The notes under the pieces: model-generated | Databases searched by the model: none | The model's input: only the letters and a program-made list of their open reading frames with translations | Told to the model about the DNA's origin: nothing | Source: Macrostomum lignano | Lineage: Eukaryota | Reading direction: 5' to 3' | Assembly (NCBI GenBank): GCA_002269645.1 | Contig: NIVC01002079.1 | Coordinates: forward strand, 124,001 to 188,000 | Length of the DNA stretch: 64,000 nt | Made by a program: the position numbers and the translations under genes | In this document: piece by piece, positions 24,402 to 34,994 of the stretch | Position numbering within the stretch: position 1 is the first letter of the stretch | Layout: every line of letters starts with the position of its first letter

Positions 24402-24595
24402 TAACAATTTATGTCTTTGAGCAAGACATTTAATTATACATTGCTTTAGTTTATTTAGCTATAAAATAGATATTAATATTAGCTAGGATAATTGAAGATA
24501 CATGTGGTAACCCCCTAGTCCTTGGACTAAATAGCCATATATAGGTTTTAGATACACTATAATAATTGCAGCAATGCTATCAGTTGCATATCTAG
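24402..24595 (+). mobile_element. Hypermutated copy of the SINE body found intact at 60121-60310
   Basis: Colinear alignment, e.g. cagttcacccagctgtaaaatgggtgccagcattagctggggcaattgaggg versus tagtttatttagctataaaatagatattaatattagctaggataattgaaga; shared anchors tgagcaagaca and agtccttggact. Confidence 0.85.
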
Positions 24596-25177
24596 TCATT
24601 AGGATAGTTATAATCAATTAATTTTTCCATTCTTTGTTTTTTCTTCTTTTATTCATTTTTATATTTCTGTCCTCTGCAACCACTTAATTTTTTATGCTCT
24701 TCTAAGTTAATTGCAAACAATAAAAATAGATTGTTTGTCTATAATGACTTTTCTCTCATGACAATCTAATATTGAGTATAAAAGTTCAAGGATTAGAATC
24801 CTAAATGAATAGTAGCAATTAAAATTAATGCATTTAAAAAGATTGTACATTGCAACTTTTGAGTATTCAAAGTCTATTAGATAAAAGTAGACTATAGGCA
24901 CACAATGGACACATTGATTTTAACCTTTTTTCATTAGGGTTAATCCCTACTTATAGCAATAATTTACATTGCTATAAGCAATAACTTTGCAAATGGGAAA
25001 ATTTCTGCTTAGTTGCAAGGATGTTGATCAAATGATATGCTTTAATATATAACTATAATCTTGACCTTTTTAATAAAAAATGTAATGTTTAATAAATTTT
25101 GAAAAATCAGAACTACTACTAGTATAGGAAAATGAAACATTGTGAATCAAGTGAGAGCATGTAGTGTTAGCATACAT

Positions 25178-25333
25178 GCGCAACCTTGGGAATCACTCAG
25201 TCATTTCTATTGGCAACACACACATGTAAGTTGCTATTGGCTGAGAGCAGTCACGTGACTACTATTCCATCCAATAGCAACTTACATGTGTGTGTTGCCA
25301 ATAGAAATGGCCAGGTGAATCCCTAGGTTGCGC
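25178..25333. repeat. Small foldback element: perfect 39-bp inner arms, 30-nt loop, imperfect outer arms
   Basis: 25202-25240 is the exact reverse complement of 25271-25309; outer arms gcgcaaccttggga / tccctaggttgcgc; the loop holds the palindrome AGTCACGTGACT. Confidence 0.8.
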
Positions 25334-25900
25334 CCAAGCATGAGTGTTAGAGTTTAAGCATTTGATAATTTAAAATTTATACAAAAAAGACAATCATTAC
25401 ATTTATGAATAATATAAGCAAAACAAATCTGAATTGAGTGTGGCACCATTATAGTTAAAATTAAATATTGCCCTAATTTGAGTTTCTTTTAAGCCCACCT
25501 TTAGCCATTAATAATACTATAGTTAAAGTATGGAATTCTACAGTTTTAAATCTAATTTCTAACCTATATATAAAAGGTAGGTTTCATATAAAGATTCTCT
25601 TTTATCTATGCTATGCCAAGCTTGGCAGTGGATAAAAACTATCAGAGCTAGTTGAATAAATAAATGTTGCTTTTTACGCTCATACTACTGAACAGAGAGT
25701 AGTTTTGTTATAAATATAGTTAAGTGAACCATTCAGCGTACTTTGTATCTGTGCCAGTAACCAGTGGCTTGATGAAATTGCCCCCGCTCCCAGTTGGTAC
25801 TTGCTAGCTAATTGTTTCGTCTATGGGCAGAAGTGCAAGTTATCTCTAAAGCCAACTATGCAATGCTTATTTATCTATCTGAGCCCGTGTCAATCTTCAG

Positions 25901-26195
25901 TCTGATGCTATCTCCGTTCAGCGGCGTCAGTCCGCACTTGTGGAAGACGATAACCGGACAGAAGCCGATTCCGGGTGTCCGAAAGCGGACGACCCAGTGT
26001 CCGAGACTGTCCGAGCTGACTCGGAGGAGTCGTGTTTAGTTGAAGGCGAAGAACTATCTAGCGAGTCGAGACAGCAGCAGTTTGCTAATCCACTGTTCGA
26101 TTCGGATAGCGAGGGCGAAGATTCCGGCGGATTGGACGAGTTCGACGAGGAGATTCGAGCTGCTGTTGCTGCCGCCGCTGATCAGCCTGCTGAAG
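25901..26195 (+). CDS. Probable acidic 5' exon of the PTP gene
   Basis: Open acidic frame between acceptor tcttcag and donor GAAG|gtgag (phase 1), in frame with acceptor cacgcag| at 27694. No in-frame ATG found. Confidence 0.45.
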
Positions 26196-26204
26196 GTGAG
26201 CTGT

Positions 26205-27415
26205 CCTAATCCCATGGGGTGGGGGCTGAAAGTGATCTGTCTTTTTTAATCCCATGGGGTGGCTGTCCTAATCCCATGAGTGGCTGTCCTAATCCCATGG
26301 GGTGGCTGTCCTAATCCCATGGGGTGGGGGCTGAAAGTGATCTGTCTTTTTTAATCCCATGGGGTGGCTGTCCTAATCCCATGAGTGGCTGTCCTAATCC
26401 CATGGGGTGGCTGTCCTAATCCCATGGGGTGGGGGCTGAAAGTGATCTGTCTTTTTTAATCCCATGGGGTGGCTGTCCTAATCCCATGGGGTAGGGGCTG
26501 AAAGTGATCTGTCTTTTTTAATCCCATGGGGTGGCTGTCCTAATCCAATCGGATGGCTGCCTTAATCCAATCGGATGGCTGTCTTAATCCCATAGGGTGG
26601 CTGTCTTAATCCAATCGGATGGCTGTCTTAATCCCATAGGGTGGCTGTCTTAATCCCATAGGGTGGCTGTCTTAATCCCATAGGGTGGCTGTCTTAATCC
26701 CATCGGGTGGCTGTCTTAATCCCATGGGGTGGCTGTCTTAATCCCATGGGGTGGCTGTCTTAATCCCATGGGGGTGGCTGTCTTAATCCCATAGGGTGGC
26801 TGTCTTAATCCCATGGGGGTGGCTGTCTTAATCCCATCGGGTGGCTGTCTTAATCCCATGGGGTGGCTGTCTTAATCCCATGGGGTGGCTGTCTTAATCC
26901 CATGGGGGTGGCTGTCTTAATCCCATAGGGTGGCTGTCTTAATCCCATAGGGTGGCTGTCTTAATCCCATAGGGTGGCTGTCTTAATCCCATAGGGTGGC
27001 TGTCTTAATCCCATCGGGTGGCTGTCTTAATCCCATGGGGTGGCTTTCTTAATCCCATGGGGTGGCTGTCTTAATCCCATGGGGGTGGCTGTCTTAATCC
27101 CATGGGGGTGGCTGTCTTAATCCCATAGGGTGGCTGTCTTAATCCCATGGGGGTGGCTGTCTTAATCCCATCGGGTGGCTGTCTTAATCCCATGGGGTGG
27201 CTGTCTTAATCCCATGGGGTGGCTGTCTTAATCCCATGGGGGTGGCTGTCTTAATCCCATAGGGTGGCTGTCTTAATCCCATAGGGTGGCTGTCTTAATC
27301 CCATCGGGTGGCTGTCTTAATCCCATGAGGGTGGCTGTCTTAATCCCACGGGGGTGGCTGTTTTGATCCCATAGGATGGCTGTCTTAATCCCACGGGGTG
27401 GCTGTTTTGATCCCA
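26205..27415. repeat. About 22-bp minisatellite (GGGTGGCTGTCTTAATCCCAT(G/A))n with a higher-order block at the 5' end, intronic
   Basis: Visible tandem array starting right after the donor site. Confidence 0.95.
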
Positions 27416-27693
27416 TGGAGAGCAGCTTGTGTGTGCTCAGCAGTCAGCGGAATGGGCAGAATCGCTTCAGCGCTGGTCGTGAGGAATGTCGCCAAAGGCG
27501 TTGCGCCAGGGTGCGCGCAGCCTTCCCCCGAATATTTAATATTTGACTCCCACAATTCCAAGTGTCGCAAGTTCAAATCCCTGTATTACCTGAACTCGTA
27601 CTGTCTATAATTTAGATTGCAATCCACCATCAAGTCTGCCCGGAGAATCGGACCCAGCTTTCGATAGCAAAGTTGTTAGTACCAAGCACGCAG

Positions 27694-28004
27694 ACGCTCC
27701 AGCGGCCTCCGTTGCCTGCACTCAATACAGAGTGGATTCGGGAGCAGTGGACCAGGCGGCGGTGGATCGCAGCGGTTCGCCGCTGTACCGCCACCCGAAT
27801 CACCGGGAGATGCTGTCGGCCATAGAGCTTGAGCTGGCTAACAATGACGAGCGAAACCTATGGCAGGACGCTTATAGACGATTGAGCCTGGCCTCGGGTT
27901 CGGACGGAGCTTCGTCTGCTCCGCTGAGCACGGCGGCTGCCAGGCATCCGGATAATCGGCTGCTCAACCGGTACCGCGACGTGCTGCCCTACGACCATAG
28001 CCGG
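27694..28004 (+). CDS. PTPN1: PTP1B/TC-PTP-like tyrosine phosphatase, exon
   Basis: MLSAIELELANNDERNLWQDAYRRL resembles the PTP1B N-terminal helices; NRYRDVLPYDHSR; donor CGG|gtaaaa. PTPN1 versus PTPN2 cannot be resolved. Confidence 0.8.
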
Positions 28005-28099
28005 GTAAAACTGGCTTCAATATATTCTTGAATGCTGGCAATGATCTTGAATCCCCAGAATTGACTGCTTATGAATTAGATAATTTGATCAATCCTGAC

Positions 28100-28670
28100 T
28101 GATCCCCGACTTCCATAAGTCCCCAAATTATTTCCAAATCCCATAATTCCCCAACAAGAACAGAACAACATAAATCCCCAAATTAATCCCAAATCCCATA
28201 AATCCCCGACAACAACAGAACAACATAAATCCCCAAATTATTCCCAAATCCCATAAATCCCCAAATGATCCCTAAATCCCATTAATCCCCGAATGACCCC
28301 CAAATCCCATTAATCCCCAAATCCCCCAAATCCTCAAATGACCCCCAAATTTCATAAATCCCCAAATGATCCTCGGATCCCATCTACCAAAAGAGCTTCA
28401 CATTCATAATCCCTAAATAATACCCACATCATCTAATCTCCCAAATGATTCCAATTCCAGAATCCCCCAAATTATCCCAATTTCATAATCCCCCAAATTA
28501 TCTCAAATACCATAGTCTCCCAAATTTTCTAAATTATCCACAAATCCGATAATCCCCAAATGATCCCCACATCCGATTATCCCCGCATCCCATGATTTCC
28601 TAAATGATCCCTAAATCCCATAATCTCACAAATTATCCAAAAATCCCATCATTTCCCTAATGATCTCCAA
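28100..28670. repeat. Degenerate AATCCCCAAAT-rich tandem repeat filling the PTP intron
   Basis: Recurrent AATCCCC/CCCAAAT motifs without a single clean period. Confidence 0.7.
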
Positions 28671-28705
28671 AATCTATAATGTCCTAAATGATATTTACTC
28701 TGTAG

Positions 28706-29887
28706 GTGCGGCTCTCCCCGATCAGCCGGTCGCACGCCAGCAGCCTGGGCCTGAGCGGGGATTACATCAATGCCAGCATAGTTCGAGCCGAGCACGCCGG
28801 CCGGGTGTTCGCCATGGCCCAGGGCCCTCTGCCGGCCACGGTCGGCCACTTCTGGCTGATGGTGTGGCAGCTGCGCAGTCGCGGAGTCGTCATGCTCAAT
28901 CGAGTATTTGAAAAAGGCGCCCTCAAATGTCATCCGTATTTTCCGGACGAGCGAACGAAACGAGTCGATTGTCCGGACGTTGGCCTGCGAGTCGAGCTGG
29001 TCTCTTCCGAATCATTAGGCTATTACATTGTTCGCGGCTTCCGGTTGTCGTTGCTAAGCAATAAAACCAGCGATCCGGAGCCGGCGTCCGCAGTTCGAGA
29101 CCTGCTGCACTATCAGTACTTGACTTGGCCGGATTTCGGGGTGCCGCAGACTCCGGGCGCTTTCCTGAACTTCCTGATGGCTGTCCGCCGTTCGGGCCTC
29201 CTGTCTGACCCGGACAGGCCGCCGGTTGTCCACTGCTCGGCCGGGATTGGCCGGACAGGCAGCCTGGCCGTCATAGACGTCTGCCTGGCTTTGATCGCCC
29301 GTCGTGGCAGCCTCTACGGAGTTGACCTGCCCGGCGAGATCCGGCGCCTCCGCCGCGACCGCATGGGCCTGGTGCAGACGCCGGACCAGCTGCGGTTCTG
29401 CTACCAGGCCGTTGTCATGGGCGGCCGGGCGATACTGGCTAACGGAGTCGATCGGGCCGACAGTTTGTCGTTTAGCATCGACGAGGCCGACAGGCGACAA
29501 TTCGGCATGGCTAATAACAGCTTCGCCGAGGCCGGCGACTCTGATGACGAATCTTCTTCTAGTAGCAGCGGCGGCAGCAATCATTCTTCAGCAATAAACG
29601 ATAACGCTTATAGTCTGTTGCGGGGTAACCTGGACAGGCAGAGGACCACCTGGCTGAGCTGCCAGCACAGGCTTAGCGGCGGTGGCGGCGGCGGCGTTCC
29701 ATTTCCGCTGTACAATGAGGAAGACGAAGCTGCCGACGACAAGAGGGCAGCAGCTGCGGGCGTCGATGCTGCTGAAGCCGCCTTCAAGCCGATTCCAACG
29801 CCTGTCGTTCGTCTGCGCGACCTGGCCTGGATCTCGCTGCTGACTGCCCTGGGCGCCTACCTGGTTTATCAGATGGGAGCAGCTTGA
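28706..29887 (+). CDS. PTPN1: PTP1B/TC-PTP-like tyrosine phosphatase, last exon
   Basis: DYINAS, QGPL, HFWLMVW, WPDFGVP, VHCSAGIGRTG and QTPDQLRF are all intact. The C-terminal hydrophobic anchor LAWISLLTALGAYLVY matches ER-anchored PTP1B/TC48. Confidence 0.9.
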   Translation: MRLSPISRSHASSLGLSGDYINASIVRAEHAGRVFAMAQGPLPATVGHFWLMVWQLRSRGVVMLNRVFEKGALKCHPYFPDERTKRVDCPDVGLRVELVSSESLGYYIVRGFRLSLLSNKTSDPEPASAVRDLLHYQYLTWPDFGVPQTPGAFLNFLMAVRRSGLLSDPDRPPVVHCSAGIGRTGSLAVIDVCLALIARRGSLYGVDLPGEIRRLRRDRMGLVQTPDQLRFCYQAVVMGGRAILANGVDRADSLSFSIDEADRRQFGMANNSFAEAGDSDDESSSSSSGGSNHSSAINDNAYSLLRGNLDRQRTTWLSCQHRLSGGGGGGVPFPLYNEEDEAADDKRAAAAGVDAAEAAFKPIPTPVVRLRDLAWISLLTALGAYLVYQMGAA

Positions 29888-30134
29888 CTCTCTGCCAGCT
29901 GGTCGCTTTCACTCATTTTGAACATGTATCATTTTTTCGTTGATTTATAATATCAACTCGAGGTGTGCGCGCGTCTGTGTATGACTTTTTCCTCGGATCA
30001 AAAGATACTTGCATGTTTTTCAATGTTCTGTATGATAAATATAAGCGAAAGTAGCCATAGAAACAACTCGATAAATTTATTGATTATTATTTCAGAATTT
30101 TAAGATGTGGGGACTTTAACCTTGCCTTGTGTGG

Positions 30135-30270
30135 TTGCTATGCGGTATTACGGTTACTATGCGGTTGCTATGCGGTTGCTATGCGGTTGCTACGCTGTTG
30201 CTATGCGGTTGCTACGCGGTTGCTACGCTGTTGCAATGCGGTTGCTATGCGGTTGCTACGCAGTTGCTAT
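30135..30270. repeat. 11-bp repeat (ATGCGGTTGCT)n
   Basis: Visible array. Confidence 0.9.
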
Positions 30271-30934
30271 GCAATTAAAATCTGTAATAAAATATTCTAT
30301 GGCTTGGATGATGAGCTGGAATTTTATTAGACGGTGTACGGCAAATCTCTGATATTAATGCCTGTCTTTTCTATGGTCTAAATACAATCTCTGCTTGGAA
30401 TAATCATATTTATTATTGCTGTAATTTTAATTTTAATTTCCTTTCTGGTCATCCGCAGTTGCCGGATCTCTCTAGCCAGGTAAATAAAAAACTCACAAAT
30501 AGTATTAATTTTGTAAATAATTATAAAATCCAGCGTCTTCTTGTGTGTCAGCCTGGAGCTTTTTCATATAGTCTTGCGACTAACGACCAATCAATCAATT
30601 TCTCTGCTTGTTGATGAATCTCTGTAATAAAAATACCAGACCACATTTTTAGTATCGCTTTTCGTAACCCTGCTTTTGTAGCCTTTTTTGTCTTGTATAC
30701 AGTTTTGTTTTAATAAGCAGGATCTTTTTTTCAACTCTAGCGAAAATTTGCGTCGTACTTTCGTTTGACTTTGTGTTTTTTAATGAAGTTTGAAATTAAT
30801 ACCGCGCTTGAGTCTTCTGCTATCGGAATTCTGTTTATTAATCTCATTTCTCGATGAGGATACAAGTCTTGGAGCTTCATTGCTTTTAACGGTTGTAATA
30901 TCCACTCTTGCTGTAAATCCTTCCTTGCATTTCC

Positions 30935-31225
30935 CCCATCTGTCTCTTGTCTTGCATCTCCCCTCCCCTCCATCTGTCTCTTATCTTGCATCTCCCCTCC
31001 CTCCATCTGTCTCTTATCTTGCATCCCCTCCCCTCCATCTGTCTCTTATCTTGCATCCCCTCCCCTCCATCTGTCTCTTATCTTGCATCCCCTCCCCTCC
31101 ATCTGTCTCTTATCTTGCATCCCCTCCCCTCCATCTGTCTCTTATCTTGCATCCCCTCCCCTCCATCTGTCTCTTATCTTGGATCTCCCTCCATCTGTCT
31201 CTTACCTTGCATCTCCCCTCCATCT
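30935..31225. repeat. About 32-bp pyrimidine-rich minisatellite (CATCTGTCTCTTATCTTGCATCCCCTCCCCTC)n
   Basis: Visible array. Confidence 0.9.
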
Positions 31226-31341
31226 CTTGTGTTGCACCTCTCAGGTCGCATATAAATTGTCTTTGATCTAGAGTATTAGTGCCTACTAATAGTAGAGTGC
31301 GCGTACATGTGTCAGTCACTCGCACACACTTCAGCAGAAGC

Positions 31342-31623
31342 ATGTCTACCCCAGAAGAGGCCTCGCCGGCAGCCTTCGAAGAAGAGTCCGCAGAGCCTGA
31401 CGCCGATCCAGCACAATGGACTCCAGCTGGCGCAGAAATCCGGCGCAGAAGCAAATCGGAGCGGTTGCGCCGAACCCAGGAACAGATCGATCGGATGCGA
31501 GCCAACATGAAGAACTGGGAGGTGAAACGGTGGCGAAAGCGGTGGTCAACTAGAATCGGTATTGCTGCGGCTATGCTGCTGTTTTCCGCTGGCTGCTACT
31601 ACTTGTACTTTTACTACAGGTAG
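31342..31623 (+). CDS. Small (93 aa) putative tail-anchored membrane protein of unknown family
   Basis: GC-rich single-exon ORF: acidic N-terminus, basic helical segment (RLRRTQEQIDRMRANMKNW), C-terminal hydrophobic segment IGIAAAMLLFSAGCYYLYFYY plus R. ATG follows ttcag. Confidence 0.65.
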   Translation: MSTPEEASPAAFEEESAEPDADPAQWTPAGAEIRRRSKSERLRRTQEQIDRMRANMKNWEVKRWRKRWSTRIGIAAAMLLFSAGCYYLYFYYR

Positions 31624-32094
31624 TTGCGCGTTCCAGTGCTGGTGCGTTGTGTCCGCCAGCTAAGTGGTAGTAGATAAAAGAGTATTCGATATTGTTGCGT
31701 ACGCGATATTAAAAAAAAAAGCGCTCCTCCGTGTTGCGCAAATACCGCTGCATTGGAAACCATCTGCTGCTGCCGATATGTATTGTAGTAATTGTTATGG
31801 CCCTGAGTTTCGACACTACTTGTTTATTGATTTTTCTCTCTCTTTCTGGAGTGGCTGCTGTCTGTATTTTCTATTAATTTTTAGTGTACTGTTCTTGAAA
31901 TATAATTGAGTGTAGGCCAATTAGAAACTGTTTGCTTTAGTTTTTCATGTATTGCTAGTGTTGATTTTCTATTTTGTTTTACTGCCAAGTTTACTGCTGA
32001 GAGTACGAGTATACTTTAGAAAAAAGTACTATAGAGTCTAGGATTAAATAGAGACTCAATGGAAATATGACTGTAGAAGATCCATTCTGTCCAT

Positions 32095-33400
32095 TCTAGA
32101 AGCCAAGGAGAATCCCAGTAGGAACTCGAGGGAATCCTAGGAAAAACCCGATGAGAATCCCAGTAGAAACTCGAGGGAATCCTAGGAAAAACCCGAGGAG
32201 AATCCCAGTAGGAACTCGAGGGAATCCTAGGAAAAACCCGAGGAGAATCCCAGTAGGAACTCGAGGGAATCCTAGGAAAAACCCGAGGAGAATCCCAGTA
32301 GGAACTCGAGGGAATCCTAGGAAAAACCCGAGGAGAATCCCAGTAGGAACTCAACGGAATCCTAGGAAAAACCCGAGGAGAATCCCAGTTGAAAACCGAG
32401 GAAAATCCCAGTGAGAACTCGAAGGAATCCTATGTGAAACCCGAGGAGAATCCCAGAGGGAATCCTAAGAGAATCCCAGAAGGAATCCTAAGAGAATCCC
32501 AGGGGCAACCCGTGGAGAATCCCAGGGGCAACCCGTGGAGAATCCCAGGGGCAACCCGTGGAGAATCCCAGGGGCAACCCGTGGAGAATCCCAGGGGCAA
32601 CCCGTGGAGAATCCCAGGGGCAACCCGTGGAGAATCCCAGGGGCAACCCGTGGAGAATCCCAGGGGCAACCCGTGGAGAATCCCAGGGGCAACCCGTGGA
32701 GAATCCCAGGGGCAACCCGTGGAGAATCCCAGGGGCAACCCGTGGAGAATCCCAGGGGCAACCCGTGGAGAATCCCAGGGGCAACCCGTGGAGAATCCCA
32801 GGGGCAACCCGTGGAGAATCCCAGGGGCAACCCGTGGAGAATCCCAGGGGCAACCCGTGGAGAATCCCAGGGGCAACCCGTGGAGAATCCCAGGGGCAAC
32901 CCGTGGAGAATCCCAGGGGCAACCCGTGGAGAATCCAGGGGCAACCCGTGGAGAATCCCAGGGGCAACCCGTGGAGAATCCCAGGGGCAACCCGTGGAGA
33001 ATCCCAGGGGCAACCCGTGGAGAATCCCAGGGGCAACCCGTGGAGAATCCCAGGGGCAACCCGTGGAGAATCCCAGGGGCAACCCGTGGAGAATCCCAGG
33101 GGCAACCCGTGGAGAATCCCAGGGGCAACCCGTGGAGAATCCCAGGGGCAACCCGTGGTGAATCCCAGGGGCAACCCGTGGAGAATCCCAGGGGCAACCC
33201 GTGGAGAATCCCAGGGGCAACCCGTGGAGAATCCCAGGGGCAACCCGTGGAGAATCCCAGGGGCAACCCGTTGAGAATCCCAGGGGCAACCCGTGGAGAA
33301 TCCCAGGGGCAACCCGTGGAGAATCCCAGGGGCAACCCGTGGAGAATCCCAGGTGGAACCCAGGAAGAAACCCAAGGCGAATCCCTGTAGAACCCAAATA
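32095..33400. repeat. Compound minisatellite: 45-bp unit (about 32100-32400) followed by 23-bp (GAGAATCCCAGGGGCAACCCGTG)n
   Basis: Visible arrays upstream of CBR copy A. Confidence 0.95.
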
Positions 33401-33677
33401 GAATCCCAGTGAGAACTCAAGGAGAATCCTAGTTGTAACTCTACGGAATACCAGGGGAAATTCGAGGAGAATCCCAAGGAAAGCCAGAGGAGATTTCATG
33501 GGAACCCGGGGAAAATCCCAGTGGAATCCAAAGTGCATTCAAAGGAAACCGGAGAAAATGCAAGGAAATCCGCCGATAGTCTTAAGCGCAATTCTAGGAA
33601 ATCCGAGAAAAATCTCAGGGGTATCCGGGGGTGACCTATAATATGATCCCTGAGTTCCTGTCCCCTATTGCTGCGCC

Positions 33678-34181
33678 ATGTCCTCAGCACTGAAGGTGGC
33701 CGTAGTGACCGGCTCCAACAAGGGCATCGGGTTCGCCATTGTGGAACACCTCTGCAAGCAGCTGGGCTCCAGCTGGGCCGTCTATGTGACCTCGCGCGAT
33801 GAAGCTCGCGGCGCCGATGCTCTGAGCCAGTTGAAGCAGCGCGGAGTCGAGCCGCGATTTCACCAGCTGGACATCGACAGTCAGGAGAGCGTGGACCGCC
33901 TCGCCGCCTACCTTAAAGGCACCTACGGAGGCCTCGACATTCTCGTTAACAATGCTGGCATTGCCTATAAGGGCGACTCGACCGCGCCGTTCGCCGAGCA
34001 AGCAGAGGTCACCATAGCAACCAACTTTTGGAGCACTCTGCGTATCTGTGATGCGCTGTTCCCTCTGCTGAGGCCGCACGCTCGGGTTGTGCACCTGTGC
34101 AGCAGCGTTAGCGATATGGCACTCAACAAGGCTTCTCCGGAGTTGCAGAAGAAGCTCACGCAGCCCATGAGTCTGGATGAG
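33678..34181 (+). CDS. CBR1: Carbonyl reductase (CBR1/3-like SDR) copy A, exon 1
   Basis: TGSNKGIG (TGxxxGxG), FHQLDIDS, LVNNAGIAYK, TNFWST; donor GAG|gtaagt. Confidence 0.9.
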
Positions 34182-34234
34182 GTAAGTGCTGTCTTTGAAG
34201 TGATGTGCAACGCTTTACTTTACCTTTGGACTTT

Positions 34235-34620
34235 AAAATAGACATAACCAATCTTATAGGCTGCAGACAGTGTTTACCCTAGACGTAACCAATCCTGTAG
34301 GCTGCGGACAGTGTTTACCATAGACATAACCAAAGCTGTAGGCTCCGGACAGTGTTTACCATAGACAACCAATCTTATAGGCTGCGGACAGTGTTTACCA
34401 TAGACATAACCAATCTTATAGGCTGCAGGCAGTGTTTACCATAGACGTAACCAATCTTATAGGCTGCAGACAGTGTTTACCCTAGACGTAACCAAAGCTG
34501 TAGGCTGCGGACAGTGTTTACCATAGACATAACCAAAGCTGTAGGCTCCGTACAGTGTTTACCATAGACATAACCAATCTTATAGGCTGCGGACAGTGTT
34601 TACCATAGACATAACCAAAT
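34235..34620. repeat. 41-bp intronic minisatellite of CBR copy A
   Basis: (CCATAGACATAACCAATCTTATAGGCTGCGGACAGTGTTTA)n with variants. Confidence 0.9.
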
Positions 34621-34646
34621 CAACCCCCTCCCCTCCTCAACCGCAG

Positions 34647-34994
34647 GTTAAGCAGCTCATGTCGGATTTCGTGGCCCGAGCCAAGGCCGGCACAGTGCAG
34701 GAGGCCGGCTGGCCGCAGACCGCCTACGGCGTCTCCAAGGTGGGCGTCCGTCTCATGACCTACGCCCAGGCTAGGGAGGTCAAGGGAGACGACATTGTGA
34801 TCAACTGCTGCTGTCCCGGCTATGTGGACACGGATATGTCCAGCCACAAAGGACCAAAGACTATCTATGAAGGTGCTGACACACCTGTGTACCTGGCGAC
34901 CCTGCCTCCCGGCATCAAGGAGCCAATAGGAGAGCACCTGTACGAGCGCAAGGTCGTGCCGTGGGCTGTGAAGCCCGACTTTAAATTTGTGTGA
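34647..34994 (+). CDS. CBR1: Carbonyl reductase copy A, exon 2
   Basis: Acceptor ccgcag|; AGWP..AYGVSK (YxxxK), CCPGYVDTDM, GADTPVYLA; total 283 aa. Confidence 0.9.
   Translation, partial: VKQLMSDFVARAKAGTVQEAGWPQTAYGVSKVGVRLMTYAQAREVKGDDIVINCCCPGYVDTDMSSHKGPKTIYEGADTPVYLATLPPGIKEPIGEHLYERKVVPWAVKPDFKFV

Larger units (their letters stand above)
20800..25750. other. AT-rich, CpG-depleted island of decayed repeats (core 22561-25177)
   Basis: Manual count of 2 CpG in 22561-25177; abundant TpA, CTAG and TATA; sharp contrast with CpG-rich flanks; no credible ORF. Confidence 0.85.

Noticed and set aside
22260-24943. TTAA|CCCT ... AGGG|TTAA as ends of a decayed piggyBac spanning the CpG desert
   Set aside because: TIR similarity beyond 4 bp is weak and such motifs are expected by chance in AT-rich DNA; not supportable without a consensus.
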